A DNA stretch of 64,000 nt from Antechinus flavipes. Lineage: Eukaryota. The DNA lies in NCBI RefSeq assembly GCF_016432865.1, contig NC_067398.1, forward strand, positions 163,928,001 through 163,992,000, read 5' to 3'. Below are positions 36,076 to 48,769 of this stretch, piece by piece. The notes under the pieces are model-generated. The model made no database searches. It was not told the DNA's origin and saw nothing but the letters and a program-made list of their open reading frames with translations. The translations under genes and the position numbers were made by a program. How positions within the stretch are numbered: position 1 is the stretch's first letter; each line of letters opens with the position of its first letter.

Positions 36076-39000
36076 AAAATATGTTGATTTGGAGAAAAGG
36101 ATTTGGGCTCAAATCTAAACTTTGTGACACTGGGCAAAACAACCTCTGGGCCACAGTTTTTTTGGATGATCACAAAGGTCTCTTCTAAACCTAAGTCCAA
36201 GATCCTCCCATAAAACCTTTAAAGTCAATGTAAACTAAATCTTTGCTATGGGCACCAGTGCAATATTTAGATCATCCATCTGCTAAACCCACGTCTCACT
36301 CCATGAACAGCCAACCTTCTTTTCAAATCTCATGTTTTCTGAATGATATCTCTCAGATCACTTCCTGTGCTCAAGTCATTTTTGGTCACTTGCTTTCATC
36401 TGCTTTTGCCTACAATTGCCTGGTACATTTCTCTTTGGGTTGATTGTAATTTTTGATCCTTTGGAGACTGTACTGTTTCATGATTTTTAGTCAGATAGGA
36501 TTCTTTAAAAAAATTTTTGGTCTTAAAAAGATAAAGTCAGGGAACTTCATTGTTGAAAGCATTGTATAATTCCCTAAATTCAATACAGTTTATTCTTGCC
36601 TGATGCCCAGTGAGACAGCTGTTGCCACAATGGGTGTAATATGGAGTTTAGAGTCCAGAAGAGTTGAGTTCTGTGACTTATAACAAGGTATTTAACTTGT
36701 CCATGTTTTCCTTTCCTTGCCTATAAAAAGAGGGAGTTTGACTCAATATCCTCTAAGTTCTTTAAGAGCCTAAAGCAATGATCCTATCTCCTTCTTCTAA
36801 TTCAATTCTGGACCCAGTTCATTGTCACTGGCAGTGTAACCAGACAGCCAGAACATGGGAAACACCAACTTTCCTTAATCCCAATTTTCACCAGCTCTTC
36901 TGCTTCACTCTCCTGCACCATGAATGAATGGAGATCCGAACTATTGACCAATCCTGTGGGCAATGTGAGGTAAACCCGCAAAGTAACTGTCTGGTAAAGT
37001 TTTGTCTTTTACCTGCTCAAGGAAGGATTCAAACTGGCCATTTCCTAGAACTCTCAGGTACATCGATTCTATGCTTGACAGAGTCTTTTGAGGTCTAAAA
37101 AAGTGGCTGGTTTGTGGCCCCTTTTTTTGTATACTACTATAGAACTCCTGGATATATTACAGGGTGGTTGTGAGAATCAAATGAGATAATAGATGTAAAG
37201 AGTTTTGCAATCCTTAAAGCATTTTATAAATGCTATTATTATTTATTGATTCTATGCTCAGGAAAACTAATGTATATAGTATTCCAGCATGTGTGTATAC
37301 TCCTGGGAGGAACCACCTCATTATGCTGAGATCATGTGGTTATTGATGGCTGAACTATAATACTTTTCAAAAGAAGGCAGATTAACCAGAAGGCAGTGAT
37401 TGAGAGCTAATTTTCATAGGGTAGAGCCACAAAGTTACATACCCTTAGATTAGGGACCTTTTGTTGTGTCTTAGATTGCTCTGGTAGTCGGATGAAGCAT
37501 TTGACTCCCTTCTTAGAATAATGTTTTTTAAAGTGCATAGGATCACAAAGGAAACCAATTATGCTGAAATATAGTTATCAAAATACTAAAAACAAAACCA
37601 AAAATGTATAGATTCCCTGAAATCTATAATTTATATGAATACTCCTTTTAGGGAGTGTCCCTACTAACCATGACCTATACAATAAATAGTCATAGATGAA
37701 AGTTGAGAGAAAGTCTTGGATTCTCCAATAAAACAATAACATGACACTTACTTAGAACTTTCACCCAAGGTTATACGCACAAAAGTCCAGGTGGGAATAA
37801 GGGATTCCCCAAAGAATGGCTAAGGAGAGCAGGTCAGGTCAGCAGTTACAATGGAGTTCAATAAGCATAAAAAGCAAAGTGGGCAAGTACCAGTACTGAA
37901 GGTCACAGGTAGATAGAAGGATCAATAGGCAGGAAGAGATGAAAGGTCTTCCAGTTCAGAGCTAAGTAAGTCCTAGAAGACTAGGACAGGATGGCAGCAA
38001 GAATCAGAAACCAGAGCAAAGAGAATAGGATCCAAATAGTCAGGGAATTAAAGCACTAATATTAAGGAGTTTGATATCCTAAAAAAAAAATATTTTCCTT
38101 CAGTTTAGAAGCTTTTCAGAAAAGGAGCTCCAAAGCTTGGCTATCTGGAGCTTATAAATAGAAAGAATTGAGGGTGATTGACTGAACAAAGGACAAAAGG
38201 AAGAAAACAGAGTTGTTCGTGAGAAAACTTGACATCTGCATTCATGGAGAATAGTGATTGATCCAAAGACCTCTGAGATCATGCAATGAACCCAAAATAC
38301 CTCCCCTCCTCCCAATTCCCAGCTAAGACCTCACTAGGTGGGCTCTATCTAATGGCCTAAAAGATGTAGGTCACAGACAATTTCAAAGTCAGAAGAATGA
38401 ACAAGCACAAGGTATAAAATGTGTTTATCTGGGCTGATTTATTCTTTCGAATGTAGCTGTGATTTACTCTTTCGAATATTAGTCTTGTCACCAATTGTTT
38501 CTTGAACATGGAGATTTCTTCCCAGTGTCTCTCCATTTAAAGAGAGTCCAGGGCTGCCATCTTATAATTCCTCACTTAGCTACAGAACTCCATCATGCCT
38601 TTCCCTCCCCTCAATCACCTTTTAGCTCTTTTTTATGTATGTTTCTTTCATTAAATTGTGAGCTCTTTGAGAACACGGATTGTCTTTTCTCTTTTTTGTA
38701 TCCCCAATACTTAGCACAGGGTCTGGAACATAACAGGCATTTAATAAATTTAATAATTGACTGACTGACTGGTCATATATTTCTGGTAGTTGTTGATATA
38801 TTTTAGATATCAGTCACTTATCAGAATTATTTAATACAAAGATATTTTTTCTAGTTTATCATTTGCCTGTTAACACTACTTGTAATCATTTTGATCATGT
38901 AAAAACTTTGCAATTTCACATAATCAGAATTATTTCTTCTTTTTATCATTTCTTTTGTAATTTCCTTCCTCTTCTGTAATTAAATATAATCCCTCTAACC

Positions 39001-40056
39001 ATGCTTTTCTTCTCTTTTTTTAGTGGTATAACCTCTAAGATTCCTGTCAGTCACTCACTTTGAGCTTACTGTTTAATGTAGTGTAAGGGGACCGTTAGGT
39101 CATTAGGCGACTTGAGTGTATTCAGCTGCAACAAAATGAAAACAAGAATGAGTTAAGTTTCTGGTGATTTGATTACTGTCTTTCCCAGCAGAAAGGGCAG
39201 TGTCAAAATGGACTTCCCCAGTGACAACCTGAAAATATCACTAAATTCATCTTGGCAGCTGCTGCTTCTTAGTGTTACTATCAACCTTCCCTTTTAATAT
39301 GCCAAAGGTCTTTGCTGGATTAACTGACCCTACATAGAGCACTTGGCTTTGCTCACATCTACTTTGGGTAATTCATACTCCATATTGAATTCTCATTGGC
39401 TTTTAAGAAGTATATTCATTGAATGTTATGTATGAGCCAAGATCTTACCTGGAAAAGAGAAAAGTTTCCACACCCCAATCAGTCACACCTCCTTATGTAG
39501 CTGTGGTAGGAATCTCTTGGCTTCTTCCCAGATTCCCAAGTGAATAAAAATAGCTCCTGAAATTCCAAGACAAAAGCTAACCCATGGAAAAGATAGACTT
39601 TCTAAAACAGTATTTCTGGGGCAAATGAAGGAAGGATTTCTGAACTTGAATGCTTTTTGTTTGTTTCTTTTCCCTAACGAGATCTGACAATTTCGTCTGT
39701 GTGACAGCTTTCTAAAGGATAAAAATTCTTTTTTAATAAAGAAATCATTTTTAGACAAGAAGTTACCCACACTTGGAATCATTCTTGCTGAATGAATGTT
39801 GACTCAGGAGTTTGGGGGAGGCAGGGCTTCCCTGGGTTATTGGGATAAATAACTCCACCACTTATCCATTAGATATAAATGCCAGGGTTAGAAGCAAAAA
39901 AGTCCAATAAAATCTACATCTCAAATCTGACTTGGTGAACAGAAATGGTCTCCTTGCTAGCCTTGAGTAGAGATGTTTTAACAACCAAAGTTGGGCAGAG
40001 GGTTTTTATCTTTTGACTTTTCCTCCTAGGAAAATTCTGCTTAAATGATATAGAAT

Positions 40057-40248
40057 AAGGGGTCCTCAAACTACGGCCCACGGGCCAGATGCGGCAGCTA
40101 AAGACGATTATCCCCCTCACCCAGGGCTATAAAATTTCTTTATTTAAAGGCCCACAAAACAAAGTTTTTGTTTTTACTATAGTCCAGCCCTCCAACAGTC
40201 TGAGGGACAGTGAACTGGCCCCCTATTTAAAAAGTTTGAGGACCCCTG
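40057..40248 (-). mobile_element. OC1 (OposCharlie1)-type hAT non-autonomous MITE, ~192 bp
   Basis: TIRs (c)aggggtcctcaaact / agtttgaggacccctg. The minus strand begins caggggtcctcaaactttttaaataggggccagttcactgtccctcagactgttggaggg, as in the recalled OC1 5' end. Flanks atagaata / atagataa. Several CpGs are retained. Confidence 0.85.
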
Positions 40249-41377
40249 ATAGATAAACCAGCATGGTCAGAGGAGAATGACCAGAATAGCAAGAGATCTT
40301 GAAATTATGCTAGTCAAAAATGGTGGAAGGAATTAAGAGTATGAATCCAAGAAGAAAGATGACATAGGGAAGGGGTCAACAAACTATGTTCTGAGGGCTG
40401 AATCATTCCCACATTCTATGTCAAGGGCGTGTGTGTGTATATATATACATACATATATATGTGTGTGTGTGTGATCTTCAACAATTTGAAGGTGTGTCAT
40501 AAGGTAGAGGTATTAATTTTATTCTGTATTACTTCAGAAAGAGAAGTAGAACTGATAAATGGGATTTACAGAATAGCTTACTAAGTAATTATTTATTTAG
40601 ATATTTAATCAAGTTTGTATAATCAAATTTGAGCCTCACAACAGCCCCATGAGATAGATATGACAGATTTTCGTTTCTTCCTACTAACAATGGAGAAAAA
40701 GGTGTTATGAGGTTAAGTAATGATCTTATGGTAACACTGCCAGTAAGTGTCAGAGTCAGGATCTTTACTGAGGTCTTCTGGATTCCAAGTCCAACACATT
40801 TGTCACAACTGCATTATCTCTCATGAAGACATAACTTAGCCTGATGTAAGGAAGGTGGGCTCTCTTATAGAACAGTGTACCTTGTCAGTGAAAATGTTCA
40901 AGCAGAGGTTGAATAGTCTTCTGTCAGGGAAGCTGAAGAGGAAGTATTTCATAGGAAGGATGTTGGACTGGATGATTTCTAAGATCCCTCAAACTTTGGT
41001 TATTCTTGGTTTATGAACACATTCACTGTTCCTGATTCTTCTATTCAGTCCATTCTCACTGGTGTAAACACCCTTTCCTTTCATCTTTTATAATTCACAT
41101 TCTTTTCTGTCATTTCTAAATATGTCCTGACATCTTTCCTCTATGAAGGATTCCCAATTCATTCATTCAACAAGTATTTAATAAATGCCTTAATTTAGAA
41201 AGGACAAAATTGCCCACTGCCAATCATCTTGACTCTTATCTTGCCACTCTGGAGGAGGGAATGAGGCTGACAACTTTGCACAATTCTGCCTCACTTAAAT
41301 CCAATCACAAGCAAGTCAAGACATCACTAGTGATGTCATTCTTCCTCTTTTAAAATGAAGGACCTCCATCAACAATA

Positions 41378-41850
41378 ACAATACCAGAGAAACTGAGGAA
41401 AGTAGAGATTGGTTTTTGATTTGAATGTGGAGAGTTTAAACTAGGTCACCAAAAGGGAATATGCTTCCAAAGCATTCAGTGCTGATAAACAGAGGCTGGG
41501 AGCTTATATAGAGTTCTAGCTAATCAGGCTTTGTAAATAGAATACATAACCTGAGTATAGAATTTTATCCTAGCATATTGCAGCTTTAGGGGAAACTGGG
41601 AGCACAGACAAGCCATCATAACTTAAGCCTGTCAGGATTGGGGTCAAGAAGGTCAAAGATAAGAGACATCTAGGTATGGGGCAATTACTCAAAAAGAAGG
41701 GAGTTATCCTAGAAAGGATGGAGATAATGCACCTGGATGATTATGACACAATGGTATGTAAAGGGAGGTTGGAGCTTCAAGGTTTTCCTGGGCTCTTTTC
41801 TAAACTACATTTTCCCAGTTCTGATTGCAAGGGAGGGAGTTGGCTTTGGC
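41378..41850 (-). mobile_element. Solo LTR (ERV-type), antisense copy of the family at 46431-46990
   Basis: The reverse complement aligns by eye with 46500-46990 (e.g. gataatgcac(c/t)tgga, ttatgacacaat(g/a)gtatgtaaagg, acataacctgagtata). Confidence 0.75.
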
Positions 41851-43734
41851 TTATTATCCAGGGCTTAATACAACATACCTACTACACACAGAGCACTGCG
41901 TTAGTCAGAGGGAAAACATGAAATTTAGGTATGATATTCTACCTTCTTTTCAGAATCATATGGGAAGTTCATACTATCACAATTTGTACATTTTTCTATA
42001 TTTTCTGTAATACTCTATCTTTCACAAATGTTTGCTCTGGTAGCCTCAGGACTATGGCTTTAATTTCTTTAGTTATTTAGAAGAGTGACTTGTCCAAAGT
42101 GGTCATTCGACAAACACTAGTTGACTAATAAGAAAAAATCATGTCAATGGCTCCAGGTGGAATGTGTTTGCCTTCCTTCCATCTGTTCACTCAAAGCACT
42201 CACCATCTACACTAGACAGCAAACAGCATCATGAGTGGACAGAGCATCATAAGTAACAGGACATTACCACTGCCCCCTCCCCACAATTACACCCCACCAC
42301 ACACATATAAATGGTGCTAAATGTTCCTCTTATGAACAGTTAGAAGCTAGAATTGCCCTGGAGATGACCAGATCAACCCCAAAATGAATGTGTAGCAGTA
42401 TTAACCAGTTGGTTGATCTACAAAGTTCCCTTCTGGGAAAACTCTTAATCAATCTTTGAGATCCTGATTTGGCTGGAATATTAGCTGATTTATAGACTTA
42501 GAAGAGAGGTAATAGGATATAGTAAATAGTAACTTTGCTTAAAAGACAAGAAAACCTGAGTTCTATCTCACCTCTAAAATATATTAGTTACATGACCCTA
42601 GCCAAGTCATTTAACCTTAGTCTTTCATTGTCATCTCCCATGTCCCTTAATTCTTCAGATTCTTAAGTTTCAGAGATATTATCTGGATTGGTGCAATTTC
42701 CCTAAATTATGAAGTCTAGATTAAAAAAAAAATTCCTTGAAGACCTATTTCCTGTGCAGACTGCAGATGTTAAAATAATATATTAATCCTTTGGTGGCTA
42801 TCACATACATGTCACCGTGGTATTATTAATATTCCTAAAGAATGAGAAAATCACAGAATCTAAGAACTGAAAGGGATCTCAGAGGGCAATAAGTCTAACT
42901 TGTACAAAAGAATTCAATTTAGCACATTGCTGACAAGTGATGATCTATTCTCCAAGGAGTGGGAACCAATTCCATTTTGGGACAGCCTGATTTTTAACTA
43001 TGATTTTTCCTTTTGTGTCATTTTGAATTCTGTTGTTCATTAAGCATTTGTTTCTTATTTTTCACTAGAAAATCAAAACCAGAAGTGGCTAGATTTGGGA
43101 AAGGAGGTATTATTTTTCATTTCAGATTCTTTAAAATTACCAGAAGAGAGAGATAATAGAATTGTACATTTAGATTTGGAATTAACATCAGAGGTAATCA
43201 AGAATGACCTCCTCCTTTTACAATGAGGAAGCAGAAACTCAGAGAATTTCAGTCATTTCCTCAGGGTCATGTGACTACTAAAGTGTCTGGGGAGGGATTT
43301 AAACCCACATTTTCCTGCTTACGATTTCAGCCCTCTCTCCACCGTCCCTTGCTACTTTTCAAAGAGAGAGGTGTCAGAAGGAGTCTTGAGAGTAAGAAAG
43401 AATAGAACAGGGAAGAGGGCACCATTGCTAGCTGTGTTCCCTTCCTGCTGGGAATTTCAGAAATCCTTGGTCACAAAGAGGGGAAGTAGGGGGAGGGCGG
43501 GAGTTGGCAAATGGCCAATAGCAACCAGTTTGGAGAGCTATCAGGTATAGCTTTAAGATCCTCTGATTGAGAACCCTGGGTCTTTTCTGCTTACACTGAA
43601 ACTGGGCAATTATAAAACACTGTCAACAGGACGATGTGCTTCAGTTCCAGGAAAACCTTTGCTTGGACACTATTAATAAAAATTGTCTTTCCCTTCTTAC
43701 CTTTGTCAGTTTAGTAGCACTTCAACCACTCCTA

Positions 43735-44250
43735 ATTCAATTCAACAACCATTTATTAATGTAAAATTAGCAAGGCACTGAGCTAAACTATAGATATACA
43801 AAGACAAAAAATTTTTAAATATAACCTGCCTTCATTGAGTTTCTATTTTATTGGGGGTAGAGGAATAACATACACAAATAATTACAAATTACTTATTAAT
43901 TATTTAATTATAATTAAAAGTGATTTCAGGGAAGGGAGCCCTAACAATGAGGGGGAAACCTGGAGATATCTCTTATAGATGGTAGTGTTTGATTTGAACC
44001 TTAGAGGCAGAGGAACTAGTTAGATCATTTCAGGCATGTGTCTATGCAAAGGCATGAAAGTGGATATATACTAGTAACATTTGGTAGTCCAGTTCAACTG
44101 TACTATATCACCTTCATGGTGAATTTACATTAAGAAGGTCTTAAAATATCAAACAGGCGAATCTGTCATCCTTTGGAGGAAAAAAATGGGATTCACTAAA
44201 GTATTTTGAGTAAAAGGGAAATAGTGAAATTTGTGCTTTAGAAATAACAG
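43735..44250 (-). mobile_element. L2 LINE fragment
   Basis: aattcaattcaacaaccatttattaa L2 tail on the minus strand, then typical L2 body. Confidence 0.7.
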
Positions 44251-45484
44251 TGCTAGACTGTATCCTATGTGCTTTTATTTATTTAATGTAATGTTGTTTT
44301 TCTGTTTGATCATGAATGTATAATAGATTGTTTTATTTTCAAACTTCTTAGTGATGGGGGTAAGAAAGCTGATCCCCATAAAAACAGCAAACCACAGCAT
44401 CTGCTTTGCTTTTTACAGATTAGGAGCAAAGGTTCCCATTAGGCTACCTAATTTAAGCATGACACAAAAGAGCATCTCCTATACCTCTCTCCCCTTTGAA
44501 GGCTGCAACCCGTCTCACTGTGACGGAAAAGTAATAAAAGGATCAGGGGCTCCTAGTCCCAGCTTTTCCATAGAAACCAAGTGGCTGAAAATTCTTCTAT
44601 TTGCCTATATCTTAACTAAATTCCAGAACATTTCAGCCCCTTAAGTTGAAGAAGCCTCTTTCAATCATCCCTTATAAGACATAGGGGAATAATGTCTAGC
44701 TTAGAAGCCAGTGGTAAGGAGCTTGAGGGTGGGTTTCTATCTTTCACTGACATAAGAAGCAGAGATGTTGTACCGAGTGCCAGGCAACTGGAATGAAGGT
44801 CCTGCCTCAGTCCTGAATTGTGTGTAAATGAGTATAAGCAAACCACTTCCTCAGTTTCCTTTCTGGAGTGTCCTGTGAGCTTTTATTTACTTAATGGGAT
44901 ATTGTCTTACTATCTGAATCCTGAATGTGTTAATAGATTGTTTTATTTTGGAACCACTAAGTGATGGCTACAGGAAAGCTGGACATAACATAACCACATT
45001 GCTTGGCTCCCCATTTCAGAGCTTAGAGGCAAGAGCCCCCAAGCAAACAAGGAAGCACTAGCAAGTTATTTTGGTAGACTGGAAAATGAGGCATTTTCTC
45101 AAGAGTTTGTTCTTTGAATTGTTGTTGTGTCACTGGTTGGACTCATTAAATAGACCTTATTTCATTTAGAGCACATTTTATTAACTCCTATAAATCAAAA
45201 GCAGAGCATATGTAGTATTCATCTAGATCCTAAGCTATAGGAACTTTCACTAGGCTTTTTACAGTAATGAAGGATCAAGTCAGCCAAAGAGAGCCAAAAA
45301 TCAAAACCTAGAGATGAAATGGGCAACCTTGCTTCTGGACCTTCCTTTCTCTCCATCCATTCTTAGTAGGAGAAAATGAGATAATTTGAAAGCAATCCCA
45401 ATATAATATTAATCATCTCACTGCTTCAACAATGCCCATTGGCCCAATCTTCTCTTTTCTATTCTTTTATTGCATAGTAGAAAG

Positions 45485-45903
45485 TGTTATGCCTCAGTTT
45501 CCCTGATAGCAACCCTCCCTTCCTGGCCATTAGGACTGAGTGGTTCTAGCCACTCTGGCATTCCAAAGAGTCATAAAACTCCAGAAGTTTTATCTCAAAT
45601 TCTTGGGTATCTCCTGGACCCAGACTTCTTATATCCTGCTAGGCCATCTTCTTGACCCCCAACCTCTCAGAATTTAAAAATTGTGCTCTTTTCTGGAATT
45701 TCCACTCACTCAGTGCTCTCCCCACCTTCCCTTTGTTTCCCTGACAGTTGGAGTCCTATAAAAGTCTCTGGAATTAATTGCTAGATGCTGAATGCTTTGA
45801 GACAAGAGTCCAATCCAGCCAGCTGGCTATGGCTTCACTAGTCCAACTTCTCCACTATTAAAATCCCTAATCTTTGTCTTGCCTCAGTTTCTCCAGCATT
45901 ACA
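45485..45903 (+). mobile_element. Solo LTR, 419 bp
   Basis: TG...CA ends (tgttatg...cattaca), TATAAAA near 45757, attaaa poly(A)-like signal, and a 4-bp TSD aaag (45481-45484 and 45904-45907). Confidence 0.8.
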
Positions 45904-46430
45904 AAAGAACACTATATGTGGCATCAGGAGAGTTGAGTTCAAATCCTAGCTTTGTCAGCTACACATTGTATGATTGTCAGCATTGTAGTTTCCTTGTTCC
46001 AGAGATAAAGGGGCCACACTAAATGATTTCTAAATTCTCTAATTCTGTGATTATCCTTGGTCTTATCCTCCTACCTAGACTATTGCAATAGTGTCCTCTT
46101 TCTCCCATTGATCCTATACAACATGATTGGTAACTTTCTAAAGTATACCCTCCAAAAATATTGACTATTCAAAAACCTTCAATGGCTTCCCATTGATTAT
46201 TGAAGGAAGTTTTAATTTCTTGGTGATTTCACCAAGCTCTTCCTACTCTGTCGCACCGTGTGTCTTTCTAATTTTATTTTCCATTATATCTCTATGTCCA
46301 GTCTTCTTGCTTTTGTTCACTTTGTTTCTTCTTCTTGAAATATCCGTTTCCTATTTTTACCCATAAAATCCCATCCATCATTCAAAGTCCAATAAAAAAA
46401 AATGCTACCAAGTTGCCCAAGGAGGAGAGA

Positions 46431-46990
46431 TGTAGCCCAAGTTAGAATTTGCCAAAGCTCCTATTGGATCCATATATACCTATCAACTTCCTACCTGTGT
46501 TGAGCCAACCCCCTTCCTTGCCATTAGGACTGGAAATTGAATTTTTTTTTTAAAAGTCCAGGAAAAACCTTGAAGCTCTGATCACCTTTACATACTATTG
46601 TGTCATAAACTCCAAGTGCATTATCTTGATGCTTACTAGGATAATTCCCCTCCGTTTGAATATTGCCCCTTGCCTCACTGTCTCCTGCCCTCGATCTTCT
46701 TATCTTGACCCCTATCCTGTCAGGATTAAGTTATGATCCTTCCCTGAAATTATAGCTTGTCTGTCCTCCCAGTGTCCTTGCCCCCCATCTGCCTTTGTTT
46801 CCCCTATAAGATTGTATACTCAGGTTATGTGTTCTGTTTGCAATTCTAGTTAGCTAAAACCCTACATAAGTTCTCTGCCTTGGTTTATCTGCACTGAATG
46901 CTTTGGACAAGAGATTCATGCGATTGTCTAGCCTAAACTCTCCACATTAAAGATTTTTTAAAAAATCTCCACCTCAGTTTCTGTAGTATT
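46431..46990 (+). mobile_element. Solo LTR of the same family, following an L2 fragment (about 46060-46400)
   Basis: Starts tgtagccc. Shares tgaatgctttg(a/g)(g)acaagag, ctccac(t)attaaa and cctcagtttct with 45485-45903. The 3' end is degenerate and no TSD is readable. Confidence 0.7.
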
Positions 46991-48769
46991 ATTCCTGGGC
47001 AAGACAAGGAGACCCATTCTGAAAATAAAAGATGAGGGCAGGGCAATAATTGAATGCCTTTGTGTGTACCACTACACAGGATACATTCTCTTTTGTTAAA
47101 GTCAATCAGACATTTCAAAAATGCCTAGTATATACTATGAGATGTGCCCAAATCTCAGGATGGAACAGTAACAACACCAAATAGAAATGTAGTTTGCCTG
47201 ACTTATGTGTGGAACTAAAATAGGTACCTCAAAAAAGAGCAGCTTCAGCTAAACCTGTTGTTGAGATTATAAATGGAGCAGAGGCAGCTGGTACATGTCA
47301 CCACCAAAAACCAAATGACTGAAAATAATTTTTGCATTCAGAGTCCAGAATCAAAGTTCCCAGACTTTGTTTCACATGAAAAGGCTTAGCATATAGTGAT
47401 GCTGGAGGCAATCTTCTCCTTAATTTTAGCACCTGTAGTTCAAACTGCCTGCCCTTTAATACTGGAGAGGTTCTTTAGGAGTTGTGAAATATGCCCATGG
47501 GAAGCTCAGGTTACACCTCCTCCTTTCCTTGCCCTTGTCACTTGGGATAGCACCCTTCATAAACATTTTCTCCTCATTATCTACCCAGTAGCCTCCTTTG
47601 TGCTACAGAGTACAGGAATAGGAAAATGCCTATAAAATCTTTAGAGAGCAAAATATTCCCCAAACACTGTAAGCACCCTTACCGGACTAGTAAATTGTTC
47701 TTTCCTACCCTTCCTACCCCTTCCCTGCCTCCCCAAAGGATCTAGGAAAATACCAATTGCTACTTGGTAAAAGTATTCCATCTGCACCTGCTGCTTTGAA
47801 AGCCATGTTCCTTCTGCTTCACATGCCTGTTAACATTGAGCTAGATGTAGTCATCATCATTAACAGGCACCCTTCCCAGGCAATCTTTTGCTGGCAGCAA
47901 TCATCATCAATCCCCAATCTTCCTCCCTCAGCAACAGTTTAAACGGCTATTTTTAAACTCAAGGCACTTTCCTGAGTTTCCCGGACTCTTATAATCTCAG
48001 ACTTCAACAGAGATTTAATTCCCATCTAATCAATCTGTCAGCCTTAGTTAGAAGGAATTTGTTTTCGTTGATCAATGTGGGAACACACTGCTAAATCCCA
48101 AACAGGTGTTTTCCAGCTTGTGACTTCTATCCCCCAAGCTCTGGGTCTTTAGAGACAGAGGTAGCTGTCATCTAGTGAGTGTCCACTCCCCTCACTTTGT
48201 TGCCAGGAAACCTCTCCTTTTCTTCTTCTGGGGCAGCAGATATTCTTTTCCTAGCTTACTATTTGTCAACAGATTCACCATATTCTAGTCAAAACTTTCC
48301 ATCATGCCGTCCTTCACATCTAGAATAAACAACTACTTCTCATCCTAGGTGAAATGTCCTGCATCTCTTTGAAATTTCCTGTCTAGACAAATTTATTATG
48401 AATAACTCCAATCAGAACTACTACAGAACAGGGTCACTGAGATCATATTTTACTTTATATATAACACAAAAAGACAGAAAAAGTATCAAACTCATGGTCC
48501 ATTGCTTCTATCATAGGGATCGGGTTCTTATTCTAGGGTTGTTTTCTGCCATATTCTGATTACAATTACCATGAACTTCTTCAACAAACTCTGAGAAGTA
48601 CTTAATAGTAATGTTTTGGGAGACTATGTAGTTCTTTGACTAGCAGACAAACAATAACAGCAGAATGTTGATATTCAAAAGATAGGCTTTTGTTTCTAGA
48701 AGCTTAAAATCATTAATGGAGCTCTGCAATTTTACAAAGGCAATCTATAATTATAATCGCAATACTCTC

